This document shows, piece by piece, positions 55,510 through 64,000 of a DNA stretch of 64,000 nucleotides. This DNA comes from Octopus sinensis. Its lineage: Eukaryota. The notes under the pieces are model-generated. The model was not told the origin of the DNA, ran no database searches, and saw nothing but the letters and a program-made list of their open reading frames with translations. Positions within the stretch are counted from its first letter, which is position 1. Every line of letters begins with the position of its first letter. The stretch spans positions 17,236,001-17,300,000 of the forward strand of contig NC_043004.1 of the NCBI RefSeq assembly GCF_006345805.1, in the 5' to 3' direction. Made by a program: the position numbers and the translations under genes.

Positions 55510-56176
55510 TATATATATATGTATTATATATATATATTAACAACTCCTTAAATACTTTATTTCTCTCAGTTAAATCATATTCCATCCTTTCAACTTAGTC
55601 TACCACTTTAAAAATTATATGTCAGACAGATAATTTTGACGCCATTAATAACATAGCACTCTTCGTTAATATTTATAACCTCTGCAAACTGGTAGACACA
55701 CAAACTAATCGCTAACCTCTGTCTATTGCTACACTTTAACTCATTTTCTAAATCGACTTCATTTAATCTATTACTCAACATCTCCTCTTACAGTTACATG
55801 TTAATTTAGTTTCTTGCTTCGATTTAGTTTCAATAACGAGTTATCCGTAATTACATTTTCTTGTAGCACTGCCATGTCACCCTTTTGGGTATTAAATATA
55901 AATCACTATTCCCCTTCAGCAACGTAAGTCTGTTCCGTTACCAAGCCACCGTTTCATTCAATTTTCTCAAGTATATAACCTGTTATTATTCCTATTAACC
56001 TCTCCTTTATGTATAAAACCACTACGGTTTTATAAAGTCGCTTTCTATCCACCATCTGTATCTTTTCACAAATAAGAAACATTTTATCGAGTCACTTCTT
56101 CAGAGTTGCAAAATATCCGATTTGGTAAATCTACGAATGGTGAGACTCTCTTTTATATTCAGTCGATTCTACCGAC

Positions 56177-56227
<51 letters not shown>

Positions 56228-57696
56228 CACACACACACACGTATATACACGAACACAATTTTCTACCTATAACCGTCTCTACTTAACACTTTATATATGC
56301 ATGCAATTTCCTACGGCCACACTGTAGATAGTTTCAAAAAAGACCCAAAAGAATATTTAAAGATTTCAATTTAAGCATCCCATTTACCACTGACCTCATA
56401 CCCGTTTTATATGATGCAGACATCACACAAAACTACAGGGACAAATAGCCGGGTGGTTAAGGAGTTCATTTCGAAACCATGTGGTACCATGTTCGATTTG
56501 TATTGCACATTGTTTCGGGTATGTCTTCCATTACATCTTGCGGATGACCAATATCTTGGAAAAGGAATTAAATATGAGAAAACTGTGTACCTAAGTACAT
56601 GCATACAAACATGCATGCATACATACATACATATATACTTGGCACTCCGTCGTTTACGACGACGAGGGTTCCAGTTGATCCGATCAACGGAACACCATGC
56701 TAGTGAAATCAACGTGCAAATGGCTGAGTATTCCACAGACACGCGTACCCTTAATGCAATTCTCAAGGAGATTCAGCGTGACACAGAATCTGACAAGGTT
56801 GGCCCTTTAAATTACAGGTATAAGTCATTTGTTTGCCAGTAGAGTAGACTACATCAACGTGAAATCAACTGTCTTGCTCAAGGATACAACGCGCCGCTGG
56901 GGATCGAACTGACGATTATACGATCGTGAACCGAATACCTTAACCAGTAAGCCATGCACCTTCACATTCATACGTACATAAATACATACATACATGCATA
57001 CATACATACATAGACACATATATACACACATACATACACACATACATACATACATAAATACATGCATACAAACACACATATATTCATACACACGTACATA
57101 CACACATACATAAATACATACACACATACATTCATACATAATACACTCTTACATACATACACTCATACATATATACATACATAAATACATACATATATGC
57201 ATACATATATACATGCATACATAAATACATACATATATGCATACATACATGCATGTATGTATGGATGCATGTATCCATCCATACATGCATATATACTACA
57301 TACATGCATATATACTACATATATGCATACATATATACATATACACAAATACATATATAAATAAATATACATATATATAATACATACATAAATACTTACA
57401 TATATGTTCACATACATGCATACATACATCTTATATATATATAAATAGATACATACATGCATGCATACATACATACTGACCGATTGGTCAAAACAAAATG
57501 GTGGAATTTAAAAATTAAAATACCCACCAAGTTAATACAGAACCAGCCACATATTGTTGCGTGGGGTCTCAGGAAAAGAAATATGCTCTATTGTGGATCA
57601 GCTACCCTCTGGATACCCTCTGCAAGACTTTCTTAAGATTTTAAGGATGAGAAAATAAAACAAGACGCCTTCCTTCACAGTGTTGCTACCAAGCAG

Positions 57697-57751
<55 letters not shown>

Positions 57752-58186
57752 CGCGCGTGCGTGCGTGTGTGTGTATATTATTAAAAGATGTATTTATTCG
57801 CTAAAAAGCTGTCAGCGTTTATTAAAAAACGGACTAACAAGCAGCGTTGAGTCTGTATGTTAATGTTTTACACCAGTTCAAGACCTGTGTTAAAAGCTGA
57901 TGTTTTTTAATAGCATGTAACATTGCGGTTCTGCAAACAGAAATCGATAAAGTAAAAAAAAAATATTATCGATTCTCTCTCTCATCCCTTTTTCCTGTCT
58001 TACCTAGTGTCTTTCTCAACCTATTTTCTCTCATTGATATTACTATCTATTTCAATCTTCCCATTTTGCCTCGTTTTTATCTCGCTCTCTCTAATTATGA
58101 AACCAATTTATATCAATTTCTAATTGGAATACCATTAGGAATTACGTCAATGATAGAAATTTGCAATGCCTCCTCCTTCCCTTCCA

Positions 58187-58223
58187 TTATCATCATCATC
58201 ATCATTATCACTATCATCACCAC

Positions 58224-58291
<68 letters not shown>

Positions 58292-58312
58292 CCATCATCA
58301 TCATCGTCATCG

Positions 58313-58353
<41 letters not shown>

Positions 58354-58368
58354 TTCTTCTTCTTCTTC
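58187..58368. repeat. (CAT)n microsatellite followed by (CTT)n
   Basis: Read directly. Confidence 0.97.
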
Positions 58369-58572
58369 TTTCACTTTCCTTTTCTTCATTTTTTATTTTC
58401 TTTCCTTCTTTCCTTTGCTTTTCCTCCCTTTTGTTTTTTCTGTCACATGACTTTGTAAATGAGCAATCTGGTGTGTTTATTTTGATGGCTTACCAATGTA
58501 TACAGTGAGTTTCTTTGCCCTAGGTGTTGGGAAGATACTCGGCAAGCAAAACTGAAAGAAGAAGATAACGAT

Positions 58573-58654
<82 letters not shown>

Positions 58655-59461
58655 TGCTTTCTACTTAGGGCACAAGACCTGAAATTTTTTGGGAGGGAAC
58701 TAATCAATTGCATGGATCCCAGAAAGAATGAAAAGCAAAGTCGACTTCCAGGCATGGCTGTATGGTAAGAAGCTTTCTTCCCAACCACATGGTTCCAGGT
58801 TCAGTCCCACTGCATGGCACCTTGGGCAAGTGTCTTCTACTATAGCCTTGTGCTGACCAAAGCTTTGTGATTAGATTTGGTTGACGAAAACTGAAAAAAA
58901 GCCTGTCGTATATATAGATATTTTTATATACATACATATGTACGTGCGTACGTGTGTGTGTGGTGTGTGTGTGTGTGTGTGTGTGGTGTGTGTGTGTGTG
59001 TGGTGTGTGTGTGTGTGTTGTGTATGTATGTATGTGTGTGTATGTATGTGTGTGTCTCTGTGGCTGTGTCTGTCACCCCACCACCGCTTGATAATCGGTG
59101 TTGGTATGTTTACGTAACTTAGCATTTCGGCAAAAGGGACCGGTATGATAAGTTCCTGGCTTGAAAAAAAAAATTAAATATTGGAGTCGATTCATTCGAT
59201 TAAAATTCTTTAAGGTGTTACTCCAGCTTGGCCGCAGTACAATTACTAAAACAAGTAAAAATATAAAAAGAAAAATTAGACATAGGCTTAGGAGTGGCTG
59301 TGTGGTAAGTAGCTTGCTTACGAACCACATAGTTCCGGGTTCAGTCCCACTGCGTGGCACCTTGGGCAAGTGTCTTCTACTATAGCCTCGGGCCGACCAA
59401 AGCCTTGTGAGTGGATTTGGTAGACGGAAACTGAATAGAAACCCGTCGTATATATATATAT

Positions 59462-59593
<132 letters not shown>

Positions 59594-61341
59594 CATATAT
59601 ATATATATGTAAAAGAGTAAAGAGTAAAAATAGACATGTCACTACTGTGAGCCGGTGGCATAAATGCATCAAGTATGGGCCGCTTTCTTCGTAAGGTCAC
59701 TGAACTACAAAAAGGAAGAAGAAATTAATTTCGGTGGGATTCAAAATTAAAACTTAAAGTGAGAAATAATAACATTTCCATCATTTCCCCGTTCTCGAAA
59801 TCTAAAAACTGAATTATTTCCACAAGGCACTCTATTTATAGATGAAGATTTTTCAATGTCCAAACAAACATAATTATAATAAAATTAGAAGCTAACAAAT
59901 GATAAGAGCATACATATTAATTTCCGACGACAGGTTTTCAATATCCGTTTTAGAAATTGTAGAAATTTGTATAAACATTAAATTAATAATTGTTGTTAAT
60001 GATAACAATATTTTCTCCCTCTTTCTTTTCCATACACTTACATCTATATTTTCTTTTCTATCATATGCTCTGTTTTTGGTGTATTCATGTATACGTGTGT
60101 ATGTGTGCATTAGCCTTTGGTCTGTGTGTGTATGTGTGTGTGTGTGTATGTGTGTGCGTGTGTTTGTGCCTGTGTGTTTGTGTTTGTCCCTCCACCACTT
60201 GACAAAGCCTATTGGCTTGTTTACGCCCCCGTAATTAAGCGGTTCGGCAAAAAGACCAATAGAGTAAGTACCAGATTAAAAAAATAAGTACTGAGATAGA
60301 TTTGTTCGACTAAAAACCTTCAAGGCAGTGCTCCATCATGGCCGCAGTCCAACGGCTGAAACAAGTAAAAGATAAAAGATCAAAATAAGCAAATTACCGG
60401 TAACACAAGGTTAATACAAACAAAAGATCAGTATATATTAACTTAAAAGCGTGTTCTATTTCCAAAAGCTGATACACCGACAAGAAAGACTGGCCAGAAC
60501 GCTACCGTGTCGTTTGTGCAATTTTACGATAACATTTAAAGGAATTTGTAGCAAAATTCGAAACCGAATCGATAAACTGCTAAGTTGAAATCACAACTTT
60601 GCAACAACGTTTTCATGTGATCGGCCGAATTATGGCCCAGTCACCATCAAGATATCATTAGCTAAGCGAATCACATTCGTATTTTGTTGCTTTTACTCAA
60701 CTTAAAAAGCAACTACAGTTTGTCGACATGAACCCAACGTGTATATATTCTCCTGTACTGACAGCATAATTACAGAACCTTCTTAATCAACTATTTGTGA
60801 GCGCTATAGAATTGTTATTTCCAATGTGTAAACTGTGTTGTCGCATTTTTAATTCATAACCAACACACGGAAAATATTTGTGCGGTGAAAAAAAATTTTG
60901 TTAAGTGTTGCGCATTCATTATACGCAGCCAGAAGCCAACACAACTACCAGCATCTCATATCCCTCATCCTATGTCTATCGTGACAGTAGTTAACTACAC
61001 CTCGTGACAAATTCTTAAGAATGCTGATATTTATAGTTAATGCATACCAAAGAAAATAATATAAACCAGAGCATTTAATTAAAATAAAATATTTTCATAT
61101 TAACTACATGCTGATTCTTGCATATATATTTGTACATTAGCTAATGCTGGTATTGCGTAATTCTAACCTACAAAGAAAGTTATCGAATTACGAGAGTAAT
61201 GGCAGTTTAATAATAAATAACGGTAATTTATAGAATAAAGACTCACTGACATTATTACCTCAATCTTCCGTATAGCTCTTTAAAATAAATATTACTACAA
61301 AGCTAAATTATTGATAATTAATACCTCCACTCATCAAAATA

Positions 61342-62631
61342 CGAGGGACATTCAATAAGTAATGCCTCTGACCCACTTGCAATTGTTTAATCTAGCTGAA
61401 ACTTTGCATGTGCAATTATTTATATCTCTATAGAGTAAGTGGCAAATTACAGCTCTGAACTAATTGTGGTTTCTGATTTATAGGTGTTTGAACCGAGTCA
61501 AGTGTGAAATGGAGCCTGTTGAGTGTCGAGCAGTGATCCGGTTTTTGTATTTGAAAGGACGCACACCATGGGAGACTTTTGATGAAATGAAAGTAACTTA
61601 TGGTGATGATGCCCCATCATATGACCTTGTAAAACGCTGGCATCGTGAATTCAAACATGGTCGGAACTCTGTGGAAACAGCTCCCAGATCTGGTCGTCCC
61701 CTTCTGCCATTGATGAGGCATATGTCCGTCAAGTTGAGGCTGCCATTTTGGAAGATCGACGCATAATTATTCGCCAAATAGCCCATGAGGTCAAGATTAG
61801 TACCGGGTCTGTGGAAACTATCATTCATGACCATTTGCATATGCAAAAGGTGTCTGCCAGATGGATTCCCAGGTTGCTCACGTCTTTCCAGAAGCAAGAA
61901 CGCGTCGAGTGCTCGAGGGTGAATTTGGAGATGTGCCAAGAAGATGAGTCAAAATATTTCAAAAGACTGATTACACAGGATGAAACCTGGGTCCATCACT
62001 ATGATCCAGAGACCAAATCCCAGTCAATGCAGTGGAAGCACCGTGACTCACCCCCTCCAAAGAAGGCAAGGGTGCAGCCCTCCGCTGGCAAGGTCATGCT
62101 CACAGTCTTCTGGGACCAGGACGGAGTAGTGATGACAGATTTCCTGGCAAAGGGTACCACAATTGCAGGAGCCTATTATGCTTCACTTTTGAGGAAATTA
62201 AGAGAAGCTATCAAAATCAAGAGGCGGGGCAAGATCAGCAAAGGCATCCTCTTCCTGCAGGACAACGCTCCGGTCCACAACTCGCTTGTCGCCAGATCAG
62301 AAGCACAGGCGTATGGCTATGAACTCCTCCCCATCCCCCTACTTTCCTGACCTTGCACCCTCTGATTTTCACCTCTTCCCAATCATGAAGTTGTTTTTGA
62401 AAGGAAAGCGTTTCCCAGATGATGCAGCCTTGATTTCTGAAGTCACGTTGAGGTTGGAGGACCAAGCTGGGTTCTTCTACAAAAACGGTCTCCAGAGCCG
62501 CATCAAACGATGGGAGAAATGCGTAACTCTGGGTGGTTCCTATGTAGAAAAAGACTAATAACTGTGCCAAGTTTCGTTGCTCTACTGCTATGGGAAGTGG
62601 GTCAGGGGCATTACTTATTGAACGCCCCTCG
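61342..62631 (+). mobile_element. Full-length mariner (1290 bp) with a DD34D transposase pseudogene at 61509-62558
   Basis: 37-bp TIRs CGAGGG.C.TTCAATAAGTAATGCC.CTGACCCACTT with 3 mismatches; TA TSD; RSGRP, WIPRLL, DETW, QDNA and PDLAPSDF motifs; two frameshifts (about 61700 and 62335). Confidence 0.95.
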
Positions 62632-63007
62632 TATTTTATAAATTTTAACTTCAATATTGATGATATGTTTAAGTGTATCTCTACAGATTTTCTATGTGTG
62701 GTTGCTTCCCAACCGCATGGTTCCAGGTCTAGTCTCAGTGCAGGATACCTTGGGAAAGTGTATTCAACTATACCCGCTGGTCAACCAAAGCCTTGTGAGC
62801 TGATTTGGCAAACGAAAACTGCCGTATGTATGTATGTATGTATGTATGTATGTATGTATGTATGTATGTATGTATGTATGTATGTATGTATGTATGTATG
62901 TATGCATGCATGCATGTATGTATGTATGTATGTATGTATGCATGTATGTATATTTACTACGGATTGCTTGGAGCTAATTTTGTTCCTACTCCTCAATCCC
63001 TAGATCT

Positions 63008-63077
<70 letters not shown>

Positions 63078-63081
<4 letters not shown>

Positions 63082-63876
63082 TAAATGAGACAACAAAGCC
63101 AAGGGTGTGTGGAATTTCTAGGACATTTATAAAGAGAAAGGTAGTCTTACAGCTGTTTCTGGGATATTAGGGATATCCCTTCACCAGAGACGGTATGAGA
63201 GAATTAACTAGAGGGAAATAGTAGAATTCAATATAAGGAGTTATTTTGGCAAAGGATGGATATAGGAAGTATAAAGGGAAATAAGAGAATAAAAATAAAG
63301 ATAAAAATATATGTAGGATGTTAGAGTTGCAGTTCCATTATCCAAGGAATGTGCAGTGTAGAATGGTTAGAAATGCTTCTTGTCCATAGTATGTAAATTC
63401 TGATAGGAGTTCATATTTTGTTATTACAAATGGTTAGTATGGAGACATAATTACCATGGGTTATTTATTCAAAAGGATCTTGTGGTGAACAGCACATGGA
63501 ATTTATGTCACCGCACTATCCATTTGTAATAACAAAATATGACCTCCTATCGGAATCTACATACCGTGGACAAAAAGCATTTCTACCCATTCTACAGGGC
63601 ACTTTCCTTGGATAATGGAACTGCAACTGTAACATCCAGCATATAATTTTACTTTTATTTTTATTCTCTTATTTCCCTTTATACTTCCTATATCCATCCT
63701 TTGCCAAAATAACTCCTTATACTGATCTCTACTATTTCCTTCTAGTTAACTCTCCCCTATTGTCTCTGGTGAAGGGATATCCCTAATATCCCAGAAACAG
63801 CTGTAAGACTTCCTTTCTCTTCATAAATATCCTATAAACTTCACACAGTCTTGGCTTTGTTGTCTCATTTTATTTA
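63078..63876. repeat. About 800-bp fold-back: about 380-bp arms and a 36-nt loop
   Basis: 63078-63458 pairs with 63495-63876, with scattered mismatches along the whole length. Confidence 0.92.
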
Positions 63877-64000
63877 ACATATACATGCTCACACAAGACC
63901 CGCATTAGATTCCTCACTCGTATTATTATCGAACCGAGAGTCTAACTATGGTACCCGCGTAACACTTTCATAGCCTTACCTGCCATCCTGGGTCTTTTGG

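Overview
AT-rich, repeat-dense animal genomic DNA. The microsatellite load and tRNA-derived SINE families look like an octopus genome (inference, not verified). There is one 100-N gap at 28470-28569. The only host gene I can support is on the minus strand and is largely absent from the ORF track. It has eight tandem, mostly symmetric phase 1-1 exons (27899 down to 8546). Each encodes one 8-Cys module (C-x14-C-x5-C-x8-CC-x11-C-x5-C-x3-C) resembling a chitin-binding peritrophin-A-type domain. Three further exons (6622-6270, 2563-2473, 826-750) splice in frame into a laminin-G/concanavalin-like domain. This resembles the molluscan Pif/BMSP shell-matrix family, but with the Cys module amplified by exon duplication. 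The 5' end and the last exon were not found. The two 5'-most module exons are frameshifted and lie next to the gap. The rest is mobile DNA: three SINE families, R4/Dong-, Tx1/L1-, RTE- and Penelope-like remnants, Tc1/mariner elements (one nearly full length), a hAT MITE, Helitron-type short elements and several long fold-back palindromes. Two palindromes are centred on the 3' half of a minimal hammerhead-like motif. A 2.8-kb ORF1-only L1/Tx1-type element sits inside a SINE with a 14-bp TSD. All coordinates and translations were read by hand, and no database search was run.
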